Source: a virus (Duplodnaviria; Caudoviricetes). Taken from it: DNA of 57,156 bases. This document shows, in pieces, positions 9,262-19,335 of the stretch. A program made the position numbers and the translations under genes. Numbering within the stretch: position 1 is the first letter of the stretch; every line of letters begins with the position of its first letter. The DNA is taken from the IMG/VR virus record IMGVR_UViG_3300033067_000970, positions 1-57,156 of that record; one strand, 5' to 3'. The notes beneath the pieces are model-generated. The model made no database searches and was not told where the DNA came from. It was given only the letters and a program-made list of their open reading frames with translations.

Positions 9262-10464
9262 ATGTCTGAGACCATGGACCAGTCGCCGGCCGAACAGCCC
9301 GACGACATCCGATCGGCAATCGAGCAGGCTTTCGAGCAACACGAGACCGCGCAATCGGACCAGCCGCGCGACGAGCGGGGGCGGTTCGCGCAGAAGGCGG
9401 CCGAGGCCGCGGCGGCAGCGGCGGAAACGCCGGACGCCCCGGAGGAGCCCGAGACCGCGGAGGCGCCGCCGGAGGAGCCCGAGGCGCCCACCGAGACGCC
9501 CGAGGGCGAGGAGAAGGTCGAGCAGCCCGCCAAGACGGCGGAGCCTCCGGCCACCTGGCGGGCGGCGGACAAGGAGATGTTCGGCAAGATACCGCCGGAG
9601 GCGCAGGAGTTCCTGCTTCGCCGCCACGGCGAGATGGAGGCCGACTACACCCGCAAGAACATGCAGCGGGCGGCGCTGATCCGCGACTACGAGCCGATCC
9701 GCCAGATGTTCGAGCCACACGCCGAGACCATGCGGCAGAAAGGCATCACGCCGTCCGGGCTCATCCAGGGCTGGTACAACGCCGAGACCGCCCTGATGGA
9801 CGCCAGGCAGGCGCCGGCCCTCGTGGCCAACATCATCAAGGGCTACAACGTCGACCCGCAGAGCGTCTTCCGCGCGCTCGGCTACCAGATTCCGGCCGCG
9901 CAGGATGGCGAGCCGCCACCGCCCGCCGCGGCGTCGAGCACAACGCTGCCGCCGGAGGTGCAGCAGGTCCTCCAGCACGTCGTCAACCGCGTGGAGACGT
10001 TCGAGCAACAGCAACGCCGTCAGCAGCAGGAGCAGATGGCGCAAGCGGCGTCGAGGGTCGAGAGCGAGATCAAGCGGTTCGCCCAGGAGACCGACGCATC
10101 CGGCGCGCCGCTCCGTCCGTACTTTTCCGAGGTCGAGGACGAAATGGCGCTGATCGCCGATTCGTACACTCGAAAAGGGGGTGACATTCCTCCGCTTCAG
10201 GAGTTATATGAGGCTGCCGTGTGGGCGAACCCCATCACGCGCGCCCGAGTGCAGCAAGACATGACCGCAGCCGCCGAGGCCCAGCGCGTCGCTGCCGACC
10301 GGAAGCGCGCGGAGGAGGCCAGGGCTCGATCGGCGAGAGCGCAACGCGCTGCCGCGCCCGTCACCGGAGCCCCACGCACCGGCCTAGGCGATCCCCGCGA
10401 GACAAGCGAGTTGTCCCTTCGTCAACAACTTGAGCGGGCCTTTGAAGAAGCCAACAACGGCTAA
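9262..10464 (+). CDS. Capsid scaffolding protein (probable)
   Basis: Acidic disordered N-terminus with RDERGRF, helical body; directly upstream of the capsid gene. Confidence 0.8.
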   Translation: MSETMDQSPAEQPDDIRSAIEQAFEQHETAQSDQPRDERGRFAQKAAEAAAAAAETPDAPEEPETAEAPPEEPEAPTETPEGEEKVEQPAKTAEPPATWRAADKEMFGKIPPEAQEFLLRRHGEMEADYTRKNMQRAALIRDYEPIRQMFEPHAETMRQKGITPSGLIQGWYNAETALMDARQAPALVANIIKGYNVDPQSVFRALGYQIPAAQDGEPPPPAAASSTTLPPEVQQVLQHVVNRVETFEQQQRRQQQEQMAQAASRVESEIKRFAQETDASGAPLRPYFSEVEDEMALIADSYTRKGGDIPPLQELYEAAVWANPITRARVQQDMTAAAEAQRVAADRKRAEEARARSARAQRAAAPVTGAPRTGLGDPRETSELSLRQQLERAFEEANNG

Positions 10465-10487
10465 TTCGGCCTCGCAGGAGAACACCC

Positions 10488-11519
10488 TTGGCTACTCCCT
10501 CCTCAACCTGGTCGGAAATCGCGACCACCACGCTGTACAACCGCACGCGGAAGCTGGCGGACAACGTGACGAAGAACAACGCCCTTCTGTCGCGCCTGAA
10601 CAGCAAGTCGAACGTGAAGCCCTTCGACGGCGGCACGGCGATCGTGCAGGAACTCGAATACTCGGAAAACGGCACGTTCACCCGCTATTCGGGCTACGAC
10701 GTGCTGAACATCTCGCCGTCCGACGTGTTCACCGCCGCGCAGTTCAGCATCACCCAGGCCGCCGTCGCCGTGTCGATCTCGGGCCTCGAAATGCTCCAGA
10801 ACGACGGCAAGGAGCGCATGATTCCGCTGCTGGAGAGCCGCATCGCCAACGCCGAGAAGACGATGGCGAACAACCTCTCCAACGACTGCTACTCTGACGG
10901 CACCGCCAGCGGCGGCAAGCAGATCGGTGGTCTTCAGCTTCTCGTCGCCGACGTGAACAACAGCGGCACCGTGGGCGGCATCTCCGCCGCCACCTGGGGC
11001 TTCTGGCAGGACTACGTGGCGTCCTTCGCCTCGAACTCCCTGACGCCCGGCGCCGCGACCATCCAGACGATGATGAATCGCGTGTGGCTGAACGTCACCC
11101 GCGGTAACGATCGCCCGGACCTGTTCATCTCGGACAACACCTACTTCCGCTACTACTGGGAGAGCCTCCAGGCGATCCAGCGGATCACCTCGACGGACAA
11201 GGGCATGGCGGGCTTCCAGGCCCTCAAGTTCATGGACGCCGACGTGGTGTTCGACGGTGGCTTCCAGGGCACCTCGGCGGGCAACGTCTCGGCGCTCGGT
11301 TCCGGCGGTTCGTGGCTGTCCGGCTCCGGTGCTCCGGCGTCGCACATGTACGCCCTCCAGACGGACTACATCTTCCTCCGGCCCCACAGCCAGCGGAACA
11401 TGGTCCCCCTCGACCCCGACCGTTTCTCGGTCAACCAGGACGCCATGGTGAAGCTGATCGCTTGGGCGGGGAACATGACCATGTCCAACCGCTGGGCTCA
11501 GGGCGTCATCACGGCCTGA
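10488..11519 (+). CDS. Major capsid protein
   Basis: TTG start after AGGAG; LADNVTKNNALL, YSGYDVLN, DGTASGGKQIGGL motifs; position. Confidence 0.9.
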   Translation: MATPSSTWSEIATTTLYNRTRKLADNVTKNNALLSRLNSKSNVKPFDGGTAIVQELEYSENGTFTRYSGYDVLNISPSDVFTAAQFSITQAAVAVSISGLEMLQNDGKERMIPLLESRIANAEKTMANNLSNDCYSDGTASGGKQIGGLQLLVADVNNSGTVGGISAATWGFWQDYVASFASNSLTPGAATIQTMMNRVWLNVTRGNDRPDLFISDNTYFRYYWESLQAIQRITSTDKGMAGFQALKFMDADVVFDGGFQGTSAGNVSALGSGGSWLSGSGAPASHMYALQTDYIFLRPHSQRNMVPLDPDRFSVNQDAMVKLIAWAGNMTMSNRWAQGVITA

Positions 11520-11544
11520 TCGAGAGCAGAAGGAGACAACACAG

Positions 11545-12045
11545 ATGGCCTACACTCCGACTACGACCCTGGCGGGCATCCAGCCGATCGCGTCGACGAA
11601 CTCGACGGCGAACCATCCGCTCGGCATGACTGTCACGGCGAACGACCCGACCTACGGCGGCGGCACCTTCATCTACCTGAAGGGCGTCACCTCCACGGTT
11701 GTCGGCTCCGTCGTCCAGTACAACAACATCGCCGGCACGACGACCCTGGTGCCGAACACCGCCAACCTCGGCGCTCCGCTCGCGGTCGCCATGGCGGCCT
11801 GCACCACCGGCCTCTACGGCTGGTACCAGGTCGGCGGCGAGGCCGTCATCAAGAAGACGGCGGTCAAGGTCAGCCCGAACGTCAAGATGTATATCAGCGG
11901 CACGGCGGGCCGCTTGATGTCCACCGCGGTCTCGGGTAAGCAGGTGGCGGCACTCATCACCAGCAACGCGGCGACGGTCCTTTCGGCGACCTCCACCGTG
12001 ACCTGCCTGATCCAGTGGCCCGTGGCGCAAGGAGCGGTTGCCTGA
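11545..12045 (+). CDS. Capsid decoration/cement-like protein
   Basis: Thr/Ala/Gly-rich beta protein after the capsid gene (FIYLKG, YGWYQ). Confidence 0.65.
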   Translation: MAYTPTTTLAGIQPIASTNSTANHPLGMTVTANDPTYGGGTFIYLKGVTSTVVGSVVQYNNIAGTTTLVPNTANLGAPLAVAMAACTTGLYGWYQVGGEAVIKKTAVKVSPNVKMYISGTAGRLMSTAVSGKQVAALITSNAATVLSATSTVTCLIQWPVAQGAVA

Positions 12046-12746
12046 TGGACATTTGGCCTGTGGACGAGGATTGGCGCGAGATTCGAGGCGCCCGCGTTTC
12101 CAGTCTCGCTCACGTCCTCCCATGGGCCAACCTGTCTCCAGGCGTCGTCGTCCATCCGTTCGCCCTTGTGGGGCATCTCGCGAGCCAGTCTCGCGCGTTG
12201 GCCCACAAGGGAACGCCCTATCGGTTTCTCCGAGTGGGCGAACGGACGGAAATCGGGCCGCACTCGACCATCTACGGCGGCGCCATCATCGGCGAGGACA
12301 CCCTCGTCGGCGATGGCGCCTCTATCCGAGAGGACGTCAGGATCGGTGATCGGTGCATCATCGGCCGTCACGTCACCATCGGGTTTGGCGCGACGATCGG
12401 CAACGACGTCCGCATCATGGACGGCTCGTTCGTCGCCGAAGGCGCGGTCATCGGCGACCGGACGCTTCTCGGCGCCGGGGTCGTGATGAGCGGGCACCGG
12501 CAGCCGGACCTGAACGACTACAAGTACACCGAGAACCGCGCCCCGATCATCGACGAGGGCTGTCTCATCGGCTCGGGCGCCAACCTCCTGCCGGGCGTCC
12601 GGATCGGCGCTGGCGCCGTCATCGCCGCGGGCGCCGTGGTGGCAGAGAGCGTGCCGCCGAACTGGAAAGCGGTCGGCCCCAAGGCCGCCGTCTCCTACGT
12701 GACGCGACCGCCTACCGTCCTCCCCCTGGATCACCACCGCGTATGA
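12045..12746 (+). CDS. Hexapeptide-repeat (left-handed beta helix) acyltransferase
   Basis: Repeated [IV]G-x4 hexapeptides, IGSGANLLPGVRIGAGAVIAAGAVV; TGATG coupling to the upstream gene. Confidence 0.9.
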   Translation: MDIWPVDEDWREIRGARVSSLAHVLPWANLSPGVVVHPFALVGHLASQSRALAHKGTPYRFLRVGERTEIGPHSTIYGGAIIGEDTLVGDGASIREDVRIGDRCIIGRHVTIGFGATIGNDVRIMDGSFVAEGAVIGDRTLLGAGVVMSGHRQPDLNDYKYTENRAPIIDEGCLIGSGANLLPGVRIGAGAVIAAGAVVAESVPPNWKAVGPKAAVSYVTRPPTVLPLDHHRV

Positions 12747-13318
12747 TCGAGGTGACAGACCGCGGCAAGCCGCTGACGGTCGTCGCTTTTTCCGGCTTGG
12801 CGCCGGACAACCACGTTTACGAGTGGACCAAGTCGTTCGCCGACCTGCCCGTCAACCTGATCGGCGTCAAAGACCCGCACAACGCCTGGTGGCAGATTGA
12901 ACGGCGCCAAATCCGTGAGGAAGTCGATAAGGCGATCCTCAAACTGCGAGCCCCCTGGATCGCGATCGGCGGTTCGGCAGGCGGTTTCGGCGCGATCATG
13001 TTCGGGCGCCAGCTTGCGGCGCGAAAAATCATCGCCTTTGTGCCTCAGACGGCTTGCGGAGCGACGAAAAGGGCACTTGGCGACTGGCGGTGGGCCAATT
13101 TCTGCCTGGAGACGCCTGAAAACGACCTCGCCGGGTGGGGCGAGAACGTCGAAATCCACGTCGGGGAAGACCCACACGACATCATCCACGCCGACCGGAT
13201 GCCGGAGGCCAAGATCGTGCGCTATGCTAGGTCGGGACATGATCTCCCGCACGACCTCAAGAACGACGGACGCCTCAAACCCTTGCTGGAATCCTTCCTG
13301 GAGCGTGAAACCGCGTGA
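12743..13318 (+). CDS. Alpha/beta hydrolase-like (esterase) protein
   Basis: ATG 12743; GGSAGG nucleophile elbow, later D and H (SGHD). Confidence 0.75.
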   Translation: MIEVTDRGKPLTVVAFSGLAPDNHVYEWTKSFADLPVNLIGVKDPHNAWWQIERRQIREEVDKAILKLRAPWIAIGGSAGGFGAIMFGRQLAARKIIAFVPQTACGATKRALGDWRWANFCLETPENDLAGWGENVEIHVGEDPHDIIHADRMPEAKIVRYARSGHDLPHDLKNDGRLKPLLESFLERETA

Positions 13319-14739
13319 AAATCATATCGTTTTGGGCGCCGCGACCTGACCATCCGCATTTCCACGACTACACGCCCTATCTCGACCTCCTGCGCGAGTC
13401 GTGCTTGCGCTACGGGCACGAGCACGTCGTTCTGACGGACGATCCCTCGGTAGGTCCCGACGCCTACGTCCGCATCCTGCCGCACAACCTCATGCTGGCC
13501 TACCTCGTCGCGCAGCACTCGTGGCTATCGGACCCGGCCAACGCCGACACGCCCTGCCTGCTGACTGGCGCTGACTGCGTTCTGGCGCAGGACCCGTCCG
13601 TCTTCGCTGAACTGTGCGGGGGCGCCGACATTCTCGTGACCTCTGACCCGACCTTCCTCGACTGCCGCATCAACATGGGCGCGATCTATATCCCGACGCC
13701 GTCCAAGGTCGTGTCGGTGTGGCGGGACGCCATTCAACGGTGCAAGGGCGAGTGGGGCGACGACCAGATCGCGTTCGCCGCGGCGCTTGAGGCGTCCGAT
13801 CTGTCGGTCGTCGACGTCCCGTGCGACCCGTACAACCTCGCGCCGGAGCATCCCGGTGACGACTGCCGCCGCGGTGTCGTGCTGCATTTCCGCAGTGACC
13901 GCAAGGCGTGGATGACGGCCTACTGCCGCGAATGGCTCGACCTCGGGCCGGGCATCCAGGTCAAGGTGGCGCCGAACACCGACGACGAGACCGCGATCGC
14001 GCAGATCAAGGTCAACCTCGCCGGAGGTTATACCGAACTGCAAGCGGCGGACGGCCACGCGGGTTGCGCCGTCCTGGTGGGCAGCGGGCCGTCCGTCGCG
14101 GACGATTTCGAGAAGATCAAGCACCTTGCCGCCGAAGGCGCCACCATCTTCGCGCTGAACGGCGCGGCGGGCTGGCTCGCCGAGCGCGGCGTCGTCGCCG
14201 ACTACGGCGTGATGCTCGACATGCGCGAGGGCAACACGAAGTTCATCCGGTCGGCGTCGCGCGACACGACTTGGCTGATCGCCTCGCACTGTCACCCGGC
14301 GGTGTTCAAGGAGGCGACGCGACTCAAGATGTATCACTTCGGGGCCGAGACCTCCCGTCCGCATCTTCCCAACGGGGCGATGCTGATCGGCGGCGGCCCA
14401 ACTGTCGGGCTGACCGCGATGGTTCTCGCCGTGGCGACGGGATTTCGCGAACTTCGGCTGTTCGGCTACGACTCTTCCTTCTCCGGCAACGAGTTGCACG
14501 TCAAGCCGCAGTCGATGACCGAGGATGAGGCTCGCCGGCTGGACGTGTGGGTCGACGGCCTGAAGTTCCACACGAACATCGCCATGTACGCGCAAGCGGC
14601 GTCGTTCCAGGACGTGTGCCGAAGCCTTCTCGACGCCGTGCCTGACGTTCATATTGCAGTACATGGCCGAGGACTGCTACCTACTATCGCGCAAGTCATG
14701 GCGCGAGACGCCACCCAAACTGCGGCAGAGGCCGCGTAG
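13315..14739 (+). CDS. Two-domain glycosyltransferase-like protein (GT-A-like + DUF115/Maf-like)
   Basis: N-terminal VVLTD, INMG, DDQ, YN, LHF motifs; C-terminal LVGSGPS, FALN, GFRELRLFGYD motifs. Confidence 0.75.
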   Translation: MKIISFWAPRPDHPHFHDYTPYLDLLRESCLRYGHEHVVLTDDPSVGPDAYVRILPHNLMLAYLVAQHSWLSDPANADTPCLLTGADCVLAQDPSVFAELCGGADILVTSDPTFLDCRINMGAIYIPTPSKVVSVWRDAIQRCKGEWGDDQIAFAAALEASDLSVVDVPCDPYNLAPEHPGDDCRRGVVLHFRSDRKAWMTAYCREWLDLGPGIQVKVAPNTDDETAIAQIKVNLAGGYTELQAADGHAGCAVLVGSGPSVADDFEKIKHLAAEGATIFALNGAAGWLAERGVVADYGVMLDMREGNTKFIRSASRDTTWLIASHCHPAVFKEATRLKMYHFGAETSRPHLPNGAMLIGGGPTVGLTAMVLAVATGFRELRLFGYDSSFSGNELHVKPQSMTEDEARRLDVWVDGLKFHTNIAMYAQAASFQDVCRSLLDAVPDVHIAVHGRGLLPTIAQVMARDATQTAAEAA

Positions 14740-14749
14740 GAGACAGACA

Positions 14750-15118
14750 ATGTCCACCCAAGCAGTCCTTCTGGCGACGGGCGTTCCCGCGGGGCAGGCC
14801 ACCGGCCTCGGCTACGTCGAAAGCACCGGCCAGACCGCATCGGCCACGACCAAGGCGACGGCGTCGGTCCTGACCGCCTCGGTCAACACCTTCTCAACCG
14901 TCGCGTCCAACGGCTCCGTCGTCCTGCCGCCCGCCGCGACCGCACCGCCCTGCATCGCCATCTACAACGGCGGCGCCAACCCCCTCCTGGTCTACGCCAA
15001 CGGCACCGCCGAGACGATCAACGCGCTGTCGGCTGCCGCCTCGTTCTCCGTGACCAACGGCAAGAGCGCCATCTTCATCCCTGGCAACCAGAAGTGGGTT
15101 GCGAACCTGAGTGCATAA
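14750..15118 (+). CDS. Small virion structural protein
   Basis: AGGAG RBS, ATG 14750; Ala/Thr/Ser-rich beta protein. Confidence 0.75.
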   Translation: MSTQAVLLATGVPAGQATGLGYVESTGQTASATTKATASVLTASVNTFSTVASNGSVVLPPAATAPPCIAIYNGGANPLLVYANGTAETINALSAAASFSVTNGKSAIFIPGNQKWVANLSA

Positions 15119-15119
15119 C

Positions 15120-15845
15120 ATGAGCGAAGCCCGCATCGAGAACACGTTCCACCGTTCCTTCGACTTTTCGCCGAAGGCGGCGCCCTACGATCCGGTCAAG
15201 CCTCGTTTCCATCTCGCCGAGGTGCAGGACGAGGCTGCGACGGCGTCGGCCGGTCGCCCGATCTTCCGGTCGGTGGAGCGTGTCGAGATCATCATCCCCG
15301 GCTCGTTCAACACGCCCGTCAAGAACGTGACGGACGAGCACCGCTCCCGCTGGCCCACCGAGTACGCGAAGTTCAAGGCGGGTCAGGAGGTGGCGGTCGA
15401 GGGGACGCCGATCGACGAGTGGGCGGCGCTCAACCGTGCGCAGGTTCACGAACTCAAGGCACTCAACATCTTCACCGTCGAGCAGTGCGCGGCGCTCGAC
15501 GACAACGCGATCAAGCGCATCGGCATGGGCGGCATGTCGATCCGAAACGCCGCCAAGGCGTATCTGGACGACGCCGAGTCGATGAAGATGGTCACGCAAA
15601 TGACCCGCGAACTCGAAATGCGGGACGCCGAGATCGCCAGGCTGAAGGTGGCGGTCGAGGCGCAGAACGCCGCGATCTCGCAGATGCAGGCGGCGATGGC
15701 GTCCGGCAATCACCCGGCGGCGGTCGCCCACGCCATCGCCGCGGCGCCGGTCGTGCCGGAGGCACCGGCGCCTTCGTCGCTCGACTCGCTCGCCAAGCCG
15801 CGCCGTGGTCGCCCTCCCCGGCAAATGGTTGAGGAAGACGTGTAA
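15120..15845 (+). CDS. Hypothetical head-region protein
   Basis: EGTPIDEW...NIFTVEQCA motif, coiled coil, RRGRP tail. Confidence 0.8.
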   Translation: MSEARIENTFHRSFDFSPKAAPYDPVKPRFHLAEVQDEAATASAGRPIFRSVERVEIIIPGSFNTPVKNVTDEHRSRWPTEYAKFKAGQEVAVEGTPIDEWAALNRAQVHELKALNIFTVEQCAALDDNAIKRIGMGGMSIRNAAKAYLDDAESMKMVTQMTRELEMRDAEIARLKVAVEAQNAAISQMQAAMASGNHPAAVAHAIAAAPVVPEAPAPSSLDSLAKPRRGRPPRQMVEEDV

Positions 15846-16999
15846 TGGATACTTACAGCCAGTGGTGGAACATGAAGCCGATGGACTCCGGTCCCTCGAT
15901 TTCGCCTCTCGCCGACTACGCCACGCGGATGCGCGCGGCGATGGCGGCACCGCAGGCTGTGAACCCGCTCGTCGCGGCCTACACGCCCCCGACCTACCAG
16001 ACGACGCCGCCGCACGTCGACGTCAACGCCGTCATCGCGGCGATGCGGGGCGACAAGGGGCCGGCGCCGGGCGCCCCGCAGCAGGCGCCGGTCGCGGCGC
16101 TGCTTGGCCTGCCCGGCGGCTCCGAAGCCAACATCGGCGGCGCTGATCGAGCGGTCGGGGGTTTTCCGACCGCCCGCGAGTTCCAAGACCTCGCGGCAGG
16201 CGGCAAGGCGGCCTTCGCCGGGATGCCTGGCGCGCTGATGGGCGCCCTGTCCGGCTCGGGCGATTTCCAGACGGGCGGCCTGACGGGCGACACGGTCGGC
16301 GCTGGCGGCGGCAGCGTCGGTCCCGGCACGGGCGCCAACAGCGACCCGGTTGGCGGCCAGAACTCGTCGAACGACCCGCAGGGCATGGGCGGCTACGCCG
16401 AAGGAGGAGAAGTGCGCGACCTGCCAGAAGTGGCCCCTTGGATGACGATGGACAAATTGGTCGAAGCCGCAGGGCCGAACCTCGACCTGATTCCGCAGCA
16501 AATAATTCGCAAAAAGAACGGCGACATCGACGTCCGCGCAACCGCTTTGGCCTATAACAAGGCCCTCTCAGACCACGTCATCGGGCAGTATCTACGGCAG
16601 AGCCCGGAATCGGGGCCGGCCAAATACGGAGAGTATGTGTCCGGCGCTTTCAACGGGGGCGAATACCCTAAAAGCATCGCTGATGCTTTAGCGGCTCAAC
16701 AAGCGCGTGATACCACCGCCGCGCAGCCTGCCGGAGCGTCGATGATGCCGGCCTATAAGAAGGGCGGCCCGGTCAACAAGGTGTCCGGCCCTGACCCAAA
16801 AGGCCCTGACGACGGCTACGCGGCGCTCGACAAGGGCGAATACGTCATCCGCAAGTCGGCGGCCAAAGACATCGGCAAGAAAAACCTCGACAAGATGAAC
16901 AAGGGCGGCATCGACGCCAAGGCCGAAGGCGAGGCCATGGCCAAGCGGATCAGCGCCCGGAACGACCGCAAGTACGACAAGGACAAGGACGGTATGTGA
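15845..16999 (+). CDS. Putative internal virion protein
   Basis: Low complexity; YKKGGPV...DDGYAALDKGEYVI motif. Confidence 0.65.
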   Translation: MDTYSQWWNMKPMDSGPSISPLADYATRMRAAMAAPQAVNPLVAAYTPPTYQTTPPHVDVNAVIAAMRGDKGPAPGAPQQAPVAALLGLPGGSEANIGGADRAVGGFPTAREFQDLAAGGKAAFAGMPGALMGALSGSGDFQTGGLTGDTVGAGGGSVGPGTGANSDPVGGQNSSNDPQGMGGYAEGGEVRDLPEVAPWMTMDKLVEAAGPNLDLIPQQIIRKKNGDIDVRATALAYNKALSDHVIGQYLRQSPESGPAKYGEYVSGAFNGGEYPKSIADALAAQQARDTTAAQPAGASMMPAYKKGGPVNKVSGPDPKGPDDGYAALDKGEYVIRKSAAKDIGKKNLDKMNKGGIDAKAEGEAMAKRISARNDRKYDKDKDGM

Positions 17000-18213
17000 T
17001 GCCGAGCCTTCTCGACATTTTGTTGGGGAGGAATGACACGCCGGTTCTACCGCCGCGTGACGGCATAGGCTCGCTCGGCCAGGTTCCTTTCCGCTACGCG
17101 GGCAACGCGGTAGGGACCGAGACGACGGCGGGCATCGAACCGAGGCCGATTGATCGGTTCATGGCGCGGGCGGAGGCGCCCGACGTGCAGAACATGACGG
17201 CTATCGGAATGGGCCTTGATGCTGGGCCGATGGCGTCCATCCGCGCCTATCACGGTTCGCCGCACATGTTCGACCGCTTCGACATGTCCAAGATCGGGAC
17301 GGGCGAGGGGGCGCAGGCGTATGGGCATGGGTTGTATTTTGCGGGGAAGGAAGGAACGGCTCGCTTTTACCGCGACGCGCTCTCGCCTCCTCACGGCCTA
17401 AACAAAAGCGTTTTGATCGACGGCACGCCGCTAGGAGAAATGCCGGAATACTTGGCTATGAATCCCTTAGCGCGAGCGCGGGCAGCGAATGCTATCGCGG
17501 CCGGCGGCGACAAAGGGTCATGGCTGCAATACGCCGAAGCGGCAAACGCCGCTGATCCTTTTGCCGCGCAAATAACCCCTTCCGGCAAAACAAAAGCGGA
17601 ATTAGTTCACGCTCCCGCGTTGGATTTTCTAAACACAATCGACCCGTCGCGCGTCACGCGGGCTCAACACCCCGGCCACATGTATGAAGTCAACATCAAC
17701 GCGCGCCCGGAGCAGTTGCTGGATTGGGATAAGCCGCTGGCGGGGCAGAACCCGCAAATTCAAAGCGCGCTTGAACGTATCGGCGTGCCTCGTGATACGC
17801 CGCAGCCTTACACCGGGCTTCCTCTCGCCAACGGCGCAAAACTTCGCGTCGAAACCGACCCTGATTTCGGGCCGCGCTATTTTATGGACATGCCTAGCGG
17901 CGGAAGTTTTCGGATAAACGCATCGGATTTGTCTAATCTGATCGGCCCGGCAGGCGGTCAACTGCATGGGAAAGCGGCATGGTCTAACGTGGCGGGGAGA
18001 CTGGGTGAACAAGACGCGTCCGTCGCCCTCCGCGACGCCGGCATCCCCGGCATCCAATACCTAGACGCCGGCTCCCGTGGCGCGGGCGAGGGCTCGCGCA
18101 ACTACGTCATCTTCGACGACAAGTTGATCGACATCTTGCGCCGCTATGCCTTTCCCGGCATGGTAGGCGCTGGTGCAGCGGCAGGAGCGACGAATGCCGA
18201 GCAAGTCCCCTAA
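16996..18213 (+). CDS. ADP-ribosyltransferase-like (ART-PolyVal-type) protein
   Basis: AYHGS...GTGEGAQAYGHGLYFA, MYEVNI, GIPGIQY...NYVIFD motifs. Confidence 0.6.
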   Translation: MMPSLLDILLGRNDTPVLPPRDGIGSLGQVPFRYAGNAVGTETTAGIEPRPIDRFMARAEAPDVQNMTAIGMGLDAGPMASIRAYHGSPHMFDRFDMSKIGTGEGAQAYGHGLYFAGKEGTARFYRDALSPPHGLNKSVLIDGTPLGEMPEYLAMNPLARARAANAIAAGGDKGSWLQYAEAANAADPFAAQITPSGKTKAELVHAPALDFLNTIDPSRVTRAQHPGHMYEVNINARPEQLLDWDKPLAGQNPQIQSALERIGVPRDTPQPYTGLPLANGAKLRVETDPDFGPRYFMDMPSGGSFRINASDLSNLIGPAGGQLHGKAAWSNVAGRLGEQDASVALRDAGIPGIQYLDAGSRGAGEGSRNYVIFDDKLIDILRRYAFPGMVGAGAAAGATNAEQVP

Positions 18214-18340
18214 ACAGGCGGCGATGATGCGCGCCGCGGCGCACGATCCCAAGTTTGCGGCCAAGGTCGGCGCGCCGGTCAAGGTCGCCAAGGAGTTCGC
18301 TGCCGCTGACGCCGCCAAGAAGAAGCCGCCCCGCAAATGA
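18194..18340 (+). CDS. Small basic phage protein (48 aa)
   Basis: MPSKSPKQAAMMRAAAHDPKFAAKVG...; AGGAG RBS; below the track cutoff. Confidence 0.75.
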   Translation: MPSKSPKQAAMMRAAAHDPKFAAKVGAPVKVAKEFAAADAAKKKPPRK

Positions 18341-19332
18341 CCCTCCTGACCATCGCCCAGGCCGCGTGTAACGCGATCCCGATCGCCTGCCCGTCCAGCA
18401 TCGTCGGCAACACGTCCGACATGTCGGCGCTGACGCTCCTCGCCCTCGCCAACGAGGCAGGGAACGCGGTGGCATCGAAGAAGCCCGGCGGCTGGGTCGC
18501 GATGGTCCGCGAGTATGACTTCAAGACCGTCGCCTACGGTCCGGTCGCGGGCGCCGTCGCCAATGTCGGCGGCTACGCCACCGTGACGACGGTCGGCTCG
18601 GCCGGTGCCGGTATCTCGGCCTACGCCTGGGTCCTGTCCGGCCCGTCGCTGTTCAACAACGCCGTCATCACCAACGTGCAGGTCGTCGGGCCAGACTACG
18701 TCTACACCACCAACCTCCCAATGTCGGACGACGCGACGACGGGCGACTTCTACTTCTCGCAATCGGACTACCCGATGCCGAGCGACTTCGACCGCCTGGT
18801 CGATCAGACGTCGTGGGATCGGACCCGTTACTGGCAGATGCGCGGCGTGATGTCGCCGCAGCAATGGCAGTTCACGCGGTCCTCAATCTTCGGCAAGACG
18901 ACGATCCAGCGGCGCTACCGCGAACGTAACTCCGACTGGCTGTCGTCCGCGACCGGGACGCCCTCGATCAACGTCTACTCGATCGACCCGGTGCCACTCG
19001 ACAACGGCGCGAACCTCGTCTTCGAGTATATCTCGAACGGCTGGTGCGCCAACGCCGACACGGGCGCCCGGCAGAACCAATGGCTTGCCGACACCGATTA
19101 CGGCATCGTCAGCGAATACCTCCTGACCCTCAACCTCAAGTGGCGCATCCTGCGCCGCATGGGTGTCTCCTACAACGAGGAGATGGACGAGTACGAACGA
19201 GAAGCCGACAAGTTCGTCGCCCGCGACGGCGGCACCGCGATCCTCGACATGACTCCGAACTTCGGCGCCGGGCTGCTAACGAGTTGGAACACTCAAGAGG
19301 GAAATTTCCCTAGTCAGCCGGTATCGGGATAA
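18337..19332 (+). CDS. Head-tail adaptor (podoviral)
   Basis: MTLLTIAQ start, DYPMPSDFD, FEYISNGW; position before the nozzle gene. Confidence 0.7.
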   Translation: MTLLTIAQAACNAIPIACPSSIVGNTSDMSALTLLALANEAGNAVASKKPGGWVAMVREYDFKTVAYGPVAGAVANVGGYATVTTVGSAGAGISAYAWVLSGPSLFNNAVITNVQVVGPDYVYTTNLPMSDDATTGDFYFSQSDYPMPSDFDRLVDQTSWDRTRYWQMRGVMSPQQWQFTRSSIFGKTTIQRRYRERNSDWLSSATGTPSINVYSIDPVPLDNGANLVFEYISNGWCANADTGARQNQWLADTDYGIVSEYLLTLNLKWRILRRMGVSYNEEMDEYEREADKFVARDGGTAILDMTPNFGAGLLTSWNTQEGNFPSQPVSG

Positions 19333-19335
19333 ACT

